DNA of 64,000 nt from an uncultured delta proteobacterium (GCA_963752595.1 CAVVYZ010000009.1:256001-320000), one strand, 5' to 3'; positions 29,687 to 40,400 are shown, counted from the stretch's first letter. Notes: generated by a model not told the origin, from the letters alone. Numbers and translations are program-made.

Positions 29687-30976
29687 GTGCCCAAGATACG
29701 TTCCTTCAGAGGGATACGCTACAACCCCCAAAAGGTGGATCTCAGCAGGGTCATTTGCCCGCCGTACGATACCATCAGCGTTTCCGAAGTTGATGAATAC
29801 TACGCCTCTTCTCCATATAATGCCGTCAGACTGGTTTTGGGCAGACAGCAGCCGAAGGACACCAAAACCGACAACCGCTACACGCGCTCAAGAGACTTCT
29901 TCCGGCAATGGCGACAGCAACAGGTGCTCATTGAAGATAAAGAACCATCGCTCTACTACCATGAACATACCTACTCCGTCGGCGACCATACCTACACGAG
30001 GAGGGGGTTCATCGCTTCGGTGCATCTAGAGGATGATGAAAAGAAAAACATCCAGCCCCATGAGCATACCCAGAAAGGGCCGAAGCTCGACCGGCTTCGC
30101 CTCATGAACGAAGTACGGATGAATTTCAGCTCGATTTTCGGGATATATTCGGACTCGAAACGGATAATGGAAACCAAGGTGCGCCCTTCTCTCGGCAACC
30201 CCCATGTGGAGTTCGACGCGCAGAAGGAAAGCCACAGGCTGTGGATCATCAGCGACGAGCATATCATCGGCCAGATCACCAGGCTCATGCAGAACAAAAA
30301 GATCCTCATTGCCGACGGCCACCACCGCTATGAAACCGCACGAACGTACCGGGACCGGATGAGGGCCGCTACCGGCAAGAACGATGGAAACCAGAGCTTC
30401 GATTACATCCAGATGCATCTGATCAATAAGGATGAGGGCCTCACCATCCTGCCGGCTCACCGGGTCGTTCCGGACAGCATGGGGGTCGGCCTGGTGGATC
30501 TCGAATATCGCATCAAAGAGATGTTCAATATGGTCCCCTATGACAACAAGAAAAGTTTCCTTTCCGCACTGACCAAAGGGGGAAGCGGAACGCTCGGGCT
30601 GTATGTCAAGGGCATCCCGCGCTTTTACCTCCTCGATCTCGCCGAAGATGCGGACCTGTGCGGCTATATGCCGGGAAGCACGCACCCGCTGCTGAAAAAG
30701 CTGGATGTTACCCTTCTCCACGAGTGCATCCTGGAGCCTATCCTGGGGATTTCCCCCGCAGTGAGCGTCAGCCGCCTCGCGTATACCAGCAGCGCTGATG
30801 CAGCCCTGAACATGGTGCTCAAGGAGAAAGCAGACATCGCATTCCTGCTGAACCCCATCAGCATCGAGGACATCCTGGAGATCGCCGAAGCCGGCCTGAA
30901 GATGCCGCAGGAGTCGACCACCTTCTATCCCAGGGTTCCCACAGGGATCATATTCCATTCGCTCGAATCATTTTAA
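29687..30976 (+). CDS. DUF1015 family protein (ParB/Srx-like fold)
   Basis: PPYDTIS, IQPHEHT, ILIADGHHRYETA, MPQESTTFYPRV. Confidence 0.88.
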   Translation: MPKIRSFRGIRYNPQKVDLSRVICPPYDTISVSEVDEYYASSPYNAVRLVLGRQQPKDTKTDNRYTRSRDFFRQWRQQQVLIEDKEPSLYYHEHTYSVGDHTYTRRGFIASVHLEDDEKKNIQPHEHTQKGPKLDRLRLMNEVRMNFSSIFGIYSDSKRIMETKVRPSLGNPHVEFDAQKESHRLWIISDEHIIGQITRLMQNKKILIADGHHRYETARTYRDRMRAATGKNDGNQSFDYIQMHLINKDEGLTILPAHRVVPDSMGVGLVDLEYRIKEMFNMVPYDNKKSFLSALTKGGSGTLGLYVKGIPRFYLLDLAEDADLCGYMPGSTHPLLKKLDVTLLHECILEPILGISPAVSVSRLAYTSSADAALNMVLKEKADIAFLLNPISIEDILEIAEAGLKMPQESTTFYPRVPTGIIFHSLESF

Positions 30977-31240
30977 CCCGGATTCAGCAGCTTAAAAACA
31001 GCATCCGGACTACATGAACCCTTCCGGTACAATTTCACAGCCGGTCTTTGTCGACCTCTCTTATTGGCCATGAATGGGATATTTCTTGATATATTTAAAT
31101 GATTCCTTTATCTTAGGATCATGGTAGATTATTCGAATAACGGGTTGCAGGCCGTGAGCAGACAGGTAAGGGGACCGCACTCCTGCGGGAAGCCATACTC
31201 GATTCAGCACGGCAGATGTTTGAGACAGGGGAGGTTTGTC

Positions 31241-32548
31241 GTGATCAGGAGGATTCTCGCTACTATAATCTGTGCCTTTTTCATGGGCGCATTCAATGGG
31301 CATGCTGCCTATTCTCTCACACTGGAAGAATCTATCGACATCGCGCTGAAGAACAATCCCCGGATCAAGGCCCAGAACGAGAACGTCTACGGGAGGCTCA
31401 TGCAGAAGCGCTCGGCCTTTGCAGATATGCTGCCGGAAGTCAATCTCAGCTACTCGTATACCAGGCTGAACGAGGCTCCCACCTTGACCCTTCCCCCGAC
31501 TGCCCCCGGCGCACCTTCCCTTTTTCCCGGTGAGCTCCCCATCGGCACGGAAGACAACTACAGATTTTCCCTTTCCGCAACACAGCCGCTCTATACCGGC
31601 GGCGCCCTGTATAATGCCTACAAGGTAGCAGGCAACACCTATCAGGCGGCCGACCTGAACAGGATATCGACCGTCCGCGACCTCAAGCGATTGATAATAG
31701 AAGGCTATTACGGATTGATCCAGGCACGGCAGACATTGGGAGTTGCACGGAGCGCATCCGCTTCGATCAAGTCGCACCTCGATGTGGCGAATGCCTTTTT
31801 CGGCCAGGGGATGATCCCGAAAAATGATTTGCTGGAGGCCGAAGTCCGCTATGCACAAAGCCGGCAGAATCTCATTCAGGCGGAGAATGCGGCGAGGCTG
31901 GCCGAATCGAACCTGAACCAGCTCATGGGGCGGGACCTCTCGATTCCCATCGAGACCGGCATGGAGGTTCCCATGCCCGATTTTGCCCCGACCCTGGATG
32001 AGTCCACACAGACAGCCCTTGCGAACCGGCAGGAAATAAAGGTTACCGAGCTCCAGGTCGACAGCGCGAGCAAGGGGATATCCATTTCCCGTTCGGGATA
32101 CCTGCCGACCGTGGCAGCGACGGCCGCCTATAACAGGGAAGGCGAGGACCCCGTGGATGATGATTCCTGGTCTCTCGGCGTGGGCCTGACCTGGAACATC
32201 TTCCAGGGAGGCTTCACCTACTTCGACGTTTCACGGGCAACAGCGGACAGGAACAGGCTCACCTATCTCCTGCAGGCCCAGAAGAACCAGGTTGGTCTCG
32301 AGGTGAAAAACTTCTATCTCTCGGCCCAGGAGGCAAAGGCCAGGACAGCGGTTGCAGAACAGGCAATCGGCCAGGCCAGGGAAAACTTACGGATCCAGAA
32401 AGACCGGTACAGCCTCCAGGTAGCAACGACAACGAATGTCCTGGATGCGGAGTCCCTCCTCGCCCAGGCCAGGATGAACTACATCACCGCCCGCACGGAC
32501 TATGTAAAATCGCTTGCCGCGCTGCGGGCAGCCATGGGGGATTTATAA
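31241..32548 (+). CDS. TolC-family outer-membrane efflux protein
   Basis: Signal peptide, LTLEESIDIALKNNP, QPLYTGG, duplicated OEP repeats; GTG start after GGAGG. Confidence 0.9.
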   Translation: MIRRILATIICAFFMGAFNGHAAYSLTLEESIDIALKNNPRIKAQNENVYGRLMQKRSAFADMLPEVNLSYSYTRLNEAPTLTLPPTAPGAPSLFPGELPIGTEDNYRFSLSATQPLYTGGALYNAYKVAGNTYQAADLNRISTVRDLKRLIIEGYYGLIQARQTLGVARSASASIKSHLDVANAFFGQGMIPKNDLLEAEVRYAQSRQNLIQAENAARLAESNLNQLMGRDLSIPIETGMEVPMPDFAPTLDESTQTALANRQEIKVTELQVDSASKGISISRSGYLPTVAATAAYNREGEDPVDDDSWSLGVGLTWNIFQGGFTYFDVSRATADRNRLTYLLQAQKNQVGLEVKNFYLSAQEAKARTAVAEQAIGQARENLRIQKDRYSLQVATTTNVLDAESLLAQARMNYITARTDYVKSLAALRAAMGDL

Positions 32549-32809
32549 CGTCAGGAGGCTGTCCCGTAACAGTGAGCTTGTAGAGTCTCATGACACGACC
32601 CTGACAGCACATGGTTTTCCTGGCGGTGCAATGATCCCGCCGCATTCATGGAAATCATGGGGCGTCTTTGTTCGCCAACGATTATTTCGAGAACTTCCGG
32701 CATCGCTGATCTTTTTGTATAAATCCAAATGGATACAAGGCAAACGACCATCCGTGTAAATGAATCCACATATTGAATTCGCTCTGTCGAGTGTGTTAAC
32801 CAAAGGATC

Positions 32810-34441
32810 ATGAATACGAAACTAACGCTGAAAAACGACCTGGGGAAGATCCTTCAATCCACACCCGCTGAAAGGGCGCGGTCTATCATCGAGTCTCCCC
32901 ATACACGAGAGATATTGGAGAAGCTTTCCCCTCAGGAAACATATCTCATCCTCAAGGAGGCCTGGGGCTCGGACACCCAGATCCTGATGCAGTACGTCAC
33001 GCCCGAAACCATCACCCGCTGCATCGACATGGACTGCTGGGACAAGGACAGCATCTCCCTGGAAGGACTGCTCGATTGGCTCTGGGAGATCTACAGCTCA
33101 TCGATCGATACCCTCCAGGAAGCGCTGCAGACGATCGATCTGGACCTCATCATCCTCCTGTACCAGTCGTACCTCGATGTCGTCCAGGTAGTTCCGACGG
33201 ACGAGGGCATAGATGATATCCTTGACCAGGGGTACGAAACCTTTGACGACATCTACTACTTTCTCTTCCGGGTAGAGGACGAAAAGGTCCAGCTCCTCAG
33301 GGATATGTTGAGCCTCCTTTTCGCCAACCACCAGAACACGTACTACTCCATCATGGAAGGAGTGATCTGGGAGCTGAGGTCATCCGTCGAGGAGACTGTG
33401 TACGAGCGCCGGAGCTTTAGGCTCATGGAGATGGGATTTCCGCCTCCGGACGAAGCCATGAGCATATACCAGCGCGCCCAGCCCAGGAAGCTCCTCAATG
33501 CGGGCATAAGCAAGGCCAAGGTACCCATAGTCGATGAAGAGCAGGAATTCCTTCCGGCGCTCTACATGGAGCATCTGTCGGAGAATACCGGCCTGATCGT
33601 AACGGCTTTACGCGAGGCCCCGGCAGAAACCCGTGAGCGGTTTATCTTCGAGATGATCTACCTCGCAAACAAGATCATCATGGCTGATTACCGGCCGCTT
33701 AATGAGACTGACGGCATGAAAGACAGCATCGGCAAGGCAAGCTCGCTGACATCGCTGGGCCTTGCCGTGGCAATGAAGGCGCAATCGCGCACCGCACGCG
33801 AAGTGCTGGAAGCCATGAATGCCGAGATACTGTTCTCTTTAGGTTATAATTCCGTCCAGGATCAGAAGATCAGGCTCAAGAAACTCCTGCAGCATACGCC
33901 CTTGGCCATGATACCGGAAAACCTGACCGGCTTTGTTGAAGGGCTGATGAAAAAGAGGCCGCTGTACAAAACCGAAGAGTTTTCCTCCATTGATCAGCTC
34001 GATGAAGTGACCAGAGATATCGACAGGATCGAGGCCATGGCTGTCCTCATGGGGAGTCTCGGGTGGTGGGAGAAAGCTCGTGATATTGCCCTGGATACCA
34101 ATACGGGACAGTCCCCGGATATGGAAGCGGTTATCCTCACCTCCCTTGCACTGAATTCCCTTGCAGGCGAGAGCTCTTTTGAGCCTCTTGACCGCCGGCA
34201 GCTCATCGATTTTGTCGGTAAGGCCACGGTTGTCGATTCTTCCGGCAGGCGCCTCCTCAATCATACGTTCAGGGATAATCTCATCCTTTTCCTGGGGTCA
34301 CTCGGTACGCAGTTGTCGGAAGATCTCATCAGAGATGCTGCTGATATCCTGATGAAGCGGTTTGAAGAAGAGCTTTCAGGGATTACCGATCTCAAAGAGA
34401 TCGACCCCAGGTTCATCGCCTGTTTTGTGGTGAAAACCTAG
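32810..34441 (+). CDS. Conserved hypothetical protein (DUF6178-like)
   Basis: Long acidic helical ORF; the CIDMDCWDKD and EETVYERRSFRLMEMGFPPPDEA patterns match my recollection of DUF6178. Confidence 0.6.
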   Translation: MNTKLTLKNDLGKILQSTPAERARSIIESPHTREILEKLSPQETYLILKEAWGSDTQILMQYVTPETITRCIDMDCWDKDSISLEGLLDWLWEIYSSSIDTLQEALQTIDLDLIILLYQSYLDVVQVVPTDEGIDDILDQGYETFDDIYYFLFRVEDEKVQLLRDMLSLLFANHQNTYYSIMEGVIWELRSSVEETVYERRSFRLMEMGFPPPDEAMSIYQRAQPRKLLNAGISKAKVPIVDEEQEFLPALYMEHLSENTGLIVTALREAPAETRERFIFEMIYLANKIIMADYRPLNETDGMKDSIGKASSLTSLGLAVAMKAQSRTAREVLEAMNAEILFSLGYNSVQDQKIRLKKLLQHTPLAMIPENLTGFVEGLMKKRPLYKTEEFSSIDQLDEVTRDIDRIEAMAVLMGSLGWWEKARDIALDTNTGQSPDMEAVILTSLALNSLAGESSFEPLDRRQLIDFVGKATVVDSSGRRLLNHTFRDNLILFLGSLGTQLSEDLIRDAADILMKRFEEELSGITDLKEIDPRFIACFVVKT

Positions 34442-34452
34442 CTCAAAGAAGA

Positions 34453-34758
34453 TTGATGAGCCTTGGATTCCTTGTCCCCAACAGGCGAGAGAATACTTTC
34501 TCGACTGTTGGTGGGAAGGGGCACATCGATCCCCATGGTTTTCGGGCGCCGAGGATCGTGCACGTCTCGAAGGATATGGAGGTCCTGGCAATCGAAGAAG
34601 GTGATGTCGTTGCAGCCGCACAAGGCAAAGCCCTGCTCACAACGTTCCATCCCGAGCTCGCTCCCCATGAAACGCTCTTTCTCGATCTTTTTCTCGGTCT
34701 CGTGGCAGATAGGGTTACTGTCTCGATAATGACCGGCTCGAAACCGGTGGGCCGTTAA
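34453..34758 (+). pseudogene. pdxT: C-terminal remnant of PLP synthase glutaminase subunit PdxT
   Basis: FRAPRIVHVSKDMEVLA..GDVVAAAQGKALLTTFHPEL; the N-terminal half with the catalytic Cys is absent. Confidence 0.7.
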
Positions 34759-34939
34759 TCCGGACCGGGAACTCAGCCGCAAACAATAGCGAAACTGATA
34801 TGATTTCAATTTATTGCAAGTATTGTTTTTCCACGGTCGGGCATTATTATTCCTTTGTAGCTTACACCTTACGAAACAGGCTGCAAGGGGTCAGGCAGGC
34901 AGAGGCCCATGAGCGGCAAAGCACCATGGAGAGAGACAT

Positions 34940-35245
34940 ATGCCGAACAGGAGATCCGATATCCGGGTCAGGGTTACCGGAAAGATGGATGCCGTCATTA
35001 CCTACTCAGATACCTTATCCCACGCGAGCAGCGGGACAATATCGGACATGAGCAGAAAAGGAATCTTCCTGAAAACGGATTCGCATTTCAGCAAGGATGC
35101 CTATATTTCCATGAAGCTCGGTACGGACGACATCATAGGGAAATCCCTGTGGGCGCAAGGATTCGTTGTCAGAGTAGGGAAGGACGGCGTGGGCATCAGG
35201 CTCACCTATATCGAGCAGGATATCGATAAGGTCCTTTCCCACTGA
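34940..35245 (+). CDS. Single-domain PilZ protein
   Basis: RSDIR (RxxxR) and DMSRKG (DxSxxG) c-di-GMP motifs. Confidence 0.85.
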   Translation: MPNRRSDIRVRVTGKMDAVITYSDTLSHASSGTISDMSRKGIFLKTDSHFSKDAYISMKLGTDDIIGKSLWAQGFVVRVGKDGVGIRLTYIEQDIDKVLSH

Positions 35246-35275
35246 TCCTTATAATTTAAAGAGTCCCCAAGCCTC

Positions 35276-35605
35276 TTACCGGTTTTTGTCAGGGGACCTT
35301 CTCTCAGGCACGTAGGCATGGGATATCTTATCCTCATTCCACTCCCGGGAGACGTAGAGGGCACAGTAGCAACTCCCATACTCAGCCACGTCCGGGGTGC
35401 GGTAAACGCAGGGACAAATTATATCTTTGTCGTGCTCCTTATCCCCTGAGGCGAGCCTGCACGGACAGGACATGTAGCCATAGCGTTCTTTGTTCAGCAG
35501 CAGAGAGCGGAGCAGCTCGAACACGAGGTCCTTGTCCTTGTTGAAAAAATACCCTTTCGGCTCCTGGACCTTCTTGAGCAGCTCGTAGAGGTTGTTTGCA
35601 TCCAT
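35276..35605 (-). CDS. Ferredoxin:thioredoxin reductase catalytic-subunit-like protein
   Basis: RYGYMSCPCR, DIICPCVY, YGSCYCALY. Confidence 0.9.
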   Translation of the reverse strand: MDANNLYELLKKVQEPKGYFFNKDKDLVFELLRSLLLNKERYGYMSCPCRLASGDKEHDKDIICPCVYRTPDVAEYGSCYCALYVSREWNEDKISHAYVPERRSPDKNR

Positions 35606-35856
35606 TACAGGCCAAGGACCTCCCTGAGTTCTTCCTCCCGGAATCCGATGATCACCCGGTCGCCTATGAGGATCGTGGGAAAACTCAAACCCGGGTTATA
35701 TTCCCTCACTTCGTCGAGGACTTCCTGCCGGTAGTCTCCTTTGAGCATATCAACATCCACGTAATCGTATTCGACTTCATAGGTGTTTAAGAACTTTTTG
35801 GCAGCATTGCAGTGACTGCACGTACTCAACGTGTATATCATGATCTTTGCTCCCAT
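35605..35856 (-). CDS. Glutaredoxin-like (NrdH-type) protein
   Basis: YTLSTCSHC, SFPTILIG, IGFRE; its stop overlaps the start of the FTR-like gene. Confidence 0.88.
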   Translation of the reverse strand: MGAKIMIYTLSTCSHCNAAKKFLNTYEVEYDYVDVDMLKGDYRQEVLDEVREYNPGLSFPTILIGDRVIIGFREEELREVLGL

Positions 35857-35962
35857 ATCCCCTCCTTGACATACAATAATGTCACCGGTTGGATTAATCA
35901 ACGGTTTATTTGCCCCCACAGAGAGACCCATGTTTTTTGCCTGACAAATGCTCCCGGAAAAC

Positions 35963-35992
35963 AAAAAGCCGGGGAACTTGCATCCCCCGGCT
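35963..35992 (-). terminator. Rho-independent terminator of the fdn operon
   Basis: Minus strand AGCCGGGGGA..TCCCCGGCT followed by TTTT. Confidence 0.7.
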
Positions 35993-36040
35993 CAATCACG
36001 TACTATTGAAAATATTCTTTATAGGCTCTTACGAAACCCT

Positions 36041-36679
36041 TTAAGCTTCTTCGCTACCTTTTCCCTCTTTCTCTGCAAGCCACTTTCCCTTATGGAACTC
36101 GCAGTATTCGCGGGTCGCCCAGCCATGGAACATGATCTGAACCGTGCCGGGGTTACCGAACGTTCCCAGATAAAGGTGGATTACGAAGAATGCACCGATC
36201 ACCACTACTGCCATTGCATGGAGCATGTATGCAAACCGGGAAATCACGACCGGGAACACTGTCGGATCGAACATGACGATCCCGGTGGCAATAATCACGA
36301 TCCCGAAGATGAACACGGTCCAGAAGAACATCTTCTGGCCGGCGTTATACATACCTCCCGGAGGCAGATCATGGGCTTCCCAGAGATATCCGCCCGCCTT
36401 CTGCACCCACTTGAGGTCATCGGGTACGAACTTGACGTGCCCCCACCAGTAGATGCTCGCTGCAACAAGCGAGAACGCAAACACGATGCCTGAGAAGATG
36501 TGCATCCACTTCATGGCATAGTGGCCGCCCAGCAGGGCAGGTATGAAGGTAAAGCTGTGGAACATGAGGCCTAAGCCCGTAAACAGGGCAAAGAGGCAGC
36601 TACCGGCGAGGAGCCAGTGGACGATCCTCTCATCCGTTGTGGTAACGTAAACCATTCCTTCTCTCATATTACTGCCCAT
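36041..36679 (-). CDS. fdnI: Formate dehydrogenase cytochrome b (gamma) subunit
   Basis: ERIVHW, WMHIFSG, YNAGQK, heme-ligand His residues in TM helices. Confidence 0.92.
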   Translation of the reverse strand: MGSNMREGMVYVTTTDERIVHWLLAGSCLFALFTGLGLMFHSFTFIPALLGGHYAMKWMHIFSGIVFAFSLVAASIYWWGHVKFVPDDLKWVQKAGGYLWEAHDLPPGGMYNAGQKMFFWTVFIFGIVIIATGIVMFDPTVFPVVISRFAYMLHAMAVVVIGAFFVIHLYLGTFGNPGTVQIMFHGWATREYCEFHKGKWLAEKEGKGSEEA

Positions 36680-37472
36680 CTCCCTCACCCCCTTCTTTCT
36701 TCTTGTCAACCAGATGCGGGCCTTTGATCATGTAGTGAAGCGCGGCGAAACCTGCCACGGCGCCCATACCGATCAGGGTAAAGGGCTTGAAGAGGTTCTT
36801 CCACCACAGAATCGTGGTGGGCATGCCCGGTTTCGGATTCATGTTCTGGATATCGGTGAGTTTGACGCCGGCCGGAATGATGTACTGCACGTGAGTCTCA
36901 TACTTGCGATTATCGGGATACAAGGCTCCTTTGGATGCCTCGGCCTTTTTATGGGCCCTTGCAATCATCGCTTCCTTATAGCCGAAATCAAGGCAGCCGG
37001 TGGGACATGCGGTCACGCAGGCAGGTTTCTTGCCGTTGGTGATCCTGCTATAGCACAGCGAGCATTTCGCCATTTTTTCTTCTGCTTCCGAACTCCTCGG
37101 GATATTGAATGGGCAGGCCGATGTGCAGGCCTTGCAGCCGATGCAGTACTTGGGATCGTGCACCACTGCGCCTTCCTCGGTCTTCACCAGAGCCCCGGGC
37201 GACGGGCAGGCCTTTGCGCAGGCCGGCGTTTCACAATGCAGGCATGCATCGTGGCGCATGACCCACTTCAGTTTCCCGTCTTCGCTTTCTACCTCGTCGA
37301 ACCTTATGAGGGTCCAGGTACTGTACGAAAGATCCGGGGGGTTCTGCAGGGAGCGGGAGCCGACAAAGCTCGTCTTCTCTGCAGGCAGCTCGTTCCAGTT
37401 CTTGCATGCAACCTGGCAGCCTCTGCATCCGGTGCACTTGGCTACGTCGATAAGTTTGATATATTCAGGCAT
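36669..37472 (-). CDS. fdnH: Formate dehydrogenase iron-sulfur (beta) subunit
   Basis: CTGCRGCQVACK, CLHCETPACAKACP, CIGCKACTSACP, KCSLC..ACVTACP; C-terminal TM anchor. Confidence 0.93.
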   Translation of the reverse strand: MPEYIKLIDVAKCTGCRGCQVACKNWNELPAEKTSFVGSRSLQNPPDLSYSTWTLIRFDEVESEDGKLKWVMRHDACLHCETPACAKACPSPGALVKTEEGAVVHDPKYCIGCKACTSACPFNIPRSSEAEEKMAKCSLCYSRITNGKKPACVTACPTGCLDFGYKEAMIARAHKKAEASKGALYPDNRKYETHVQYIIPAGVKLTDIQNMNPKPGMPTTILWWKNLFKPFTLIGMGAVAGFAALHYMIKGPHLVDKKKEGGEGDGQ

Positions 37473-37475
37473 GAC

Positions 37476-40400
37476 TTACCTCCTCACCCTTTCGATATTA
37501 ACGAGGAAGGCCTTATACTCCGGTATCATGGTGTTCGAGTCTCCGATGAACGGAGTGAGGTCATTGGCGTTGCCGCCGGTTACCAGACCTTTGTACCCGA
37601 AGTGCCATGTCATACCTACCTGATGGACCGTCTTGCCGTTGATATTAAAAGGTTTGAACCTCTTTGTTACATATGCATATGCAGTGACACCTTCACGATT
37701 CCTGATGGAGGTGATGCGCAGCAGGTCGCCGGACATGATGCCCTTCTCACGAGCGAGCTCCTCGCTCAACTCTACGAACTGATCAGGCACGAGCTCTGTG
37801 AGCCAGGGTATCCACCGTGTCATCTGACCGGTCTGCCAGTGCTCTACAACCCGGTAGGTCGAACAGACGATAGGGAATTCCTTGGCAAACTCACTACCGT
37901 AAGTTACCGCAGCACAACCTTCCACGAGCATCGGGTCACAGACCTCTTCTTTCACCTTCTTGTCCCACCGTGCGAGGGCAGGATTTACCTGAGCAGCGCT
38001 GAAAGTATTCTTCATCTGGGATTCGAGCGGTTCGTAATGCTCGGGGAACGGCCCGTCGGTCATGCCCGCGGCGAACAGCATACCGCGTCCGTGGGGAACC
38101 ATGATGAACGGGAGCTTCGTACCGGGGTCTCCGCCGCCGTCCGGGATATCGCCGAGCCAGACCTTCTTCAGAGCGCTCCACCAGATGACCGGTTTGTCCG
38201 TTGCGAACGGTTTGCCCTCGGCATCGACGCTTGCACGGTTGTAGATGACTCTGCGGTTCAACGGCCAGCACCAGGCCCAGTTGTGGTAGAAGCCCAAACC
38301 GGTCGGATCGCCTGCATCGCGCTTCATCATCTTGTTCTCTTTGTCATCCACGGAGTTGCAGTACAGCCAGTTTCCGGAACAGGTCGATCCGTCGTCCTGG
38401 AGCAAGGGGAAGCCGGGCACCATGTCGCCTGCCTTGAACTTCTTGATCTCGCCCTTGGCCTTGTCTTCGATGTCCTTGTCCGTTACGAAGTAGCCGTTGA
38501 TCTCCTTGGCCACTTCACGCGGGGACGGCTTGTGGACTTTGCCGTCGAGACCGACCGCACCGTAGTTCCAGGTGAGGTTCAGGATCGGATCCGGGAATGC
38601 GCCGCCCTCTTTCTTGTAGAGGCCTTTCATCTGGTAGACGAGCTCGTTCATGATCCAGAGGTCATCCTCGGCATGTCCGGGCGCATCTACTGCCTTGTAG
38701 CGCCACTGGGCCCACCGGCCGGAGTTGGATACCGAACCTTCCTTCTCCATGGATGCTGCTGCGGGAAGCAGAAACACCTCGGTATTGATGGTCGAAGGAT
38801 CGACGCCTGCATCTTTCTGCCAGAATGACGAGGTCTCGGTCTCCCAGAGGTCTATCGCAACCATCCAGTCGAGCTTCGCAAGGGCCCTGCGGACCATGCG
38901 GGCGCTTGGAGCACCCACTGCCGGGTTCATGCCCCATATGAACATACCCTTGACCTTGCCCTTGGCCATTTCGCTCCAGATGGGCAGGTAGGAGTAATTC
39001 TTGCCGTCGTCGATCTTCGGCATATAGCTGTACGCCGTTTCGAGGTCGGCATCCCTCCACCAGGCCTTGAGCAGGCTGGCCATGTACTTCGGGGTGTTGC
39101 CCCACCAGTTGATGCTCATCGGGTCTTTGGACTTCGGGGTAGTGTCTTCGTTGTACTTGACCAGCGTGGGCTGGTTGGCCTTGGGGTGCTTGAGATAGCC
39201 GGGCAGGATGTGGAAGAGCGCTGCATGGTCGGTGGAACCCTGCACGTTGCTCTCGCCGCGGAGCGCGTTGATGCCTCCGCCTGCCACACCGATATTGCCC
39301 AGGAGCATCTGCATGACGGAGAATGCCCGCACGTTCTGAGAACCGTAGGTATGCTGGGTGGTTCCCATGGCATACATGACCGTGCCTGACTTCTCGGGAA
39401 GATACGTAGCAGTGAACGTGTCACACACTGTCTCAAAGTCTTTCGGATCGGTACCGGTCAGACCGCATACCCTCTTCACGGTGTACCGCGCATAGTGCTT
39501 CTTGAGGAGCTGGAATACGCAGTTGGGGTCCTGCATGGTAATGTCACGTTTGGGAACGCCGTTTTCATCGACCTGGTAGCTCCAGGTTGCCTTGTCGTAT
39601 TTGGAGCCGTTGAGTCCTGAGTATACGCCGTCGAGGTCTACGGGGCCTCTGAAGTCCGGGTTCACCAGATAGGTCGCATCGGTGTATTCCCGCACATAGT
39701 CCCAGTTGATCCTGTTCTTCTCGATGGCATAGTTGATCATGCCGCCCATGAAGGCTATGTCGGTGCCCGAACGAAGGCGGGCATAGATGTCGGAGACGGC
39801 AGAGGTTCTGGTGAAGCGGGGATCAACATGAATGAGTTTTGCCCCTCTCTTTGCCCTTGCTTCATTCACCCATTTGAAGGAAATGGGGTGGTTCTCAGCC
39901 GCGTTTGAACCCATAATGAGGATGACATCCGCATGCTGGATATCGTTCCAGTGGTTCGTCATTGCACCGCGTCCAAATGATGCCGCCAGACCGGCGACGG
40001 TGGAGCTGTGTCAGATCCGGGCCTGGTGCTCTACATATACCAGGCCGAGGGCGCGGTTGAATTTCGTAAGACAGTAAACTTCTTCATTGTCGAGGGCGGC
40101 ACCGCCGATGGCGGCAACGCTCTCAAGCCTGTTGACCAGCTCACCGTTGGCATTCGTCGTAAGAAATGATTTGTCCCGCTCTTTTTTGAGATTATGAGCG
40201 ATCTTCTCAAGCGCCCATTCCCACTCCACTTCCTGCCAGGAATCGGACCCGGGGGCCCTGTACCGGACCTTGCTCAGACGCTTGTCGTTGTTTGCGATCT
40301 GGAACAAGGAACTTCCCTTGGAGCAGAGCGCACCCTTGTTGATGGGATGATCAGGATCTCCCTCGGTGTTGATTACCTTGCCGTTGCTTACATGGGCGAT

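Noticed and set aside
32553-32760. Possible MITE beginning GAGGCTGTCCCGTAAC after tolC
   Set aside because: No convincing matching right end or target duplication seen.
34760-34939. c-di-GMP riboswitch upstream of the PilZ gene
   Set aside because: The GEMM P1/P2 pattern (GGCAAAC..GAAA..GACGCAAAG) is not present.
36714-38828. 704-aa ORF on + strand, and other long antisense ORFs such as 13765-15063, 15509-16813, 17189-18415 and 46552-47817
   Set aside because: Shadow ORFs opposite well-supported genes in GC-rich DNA, with no recognisable motifs.
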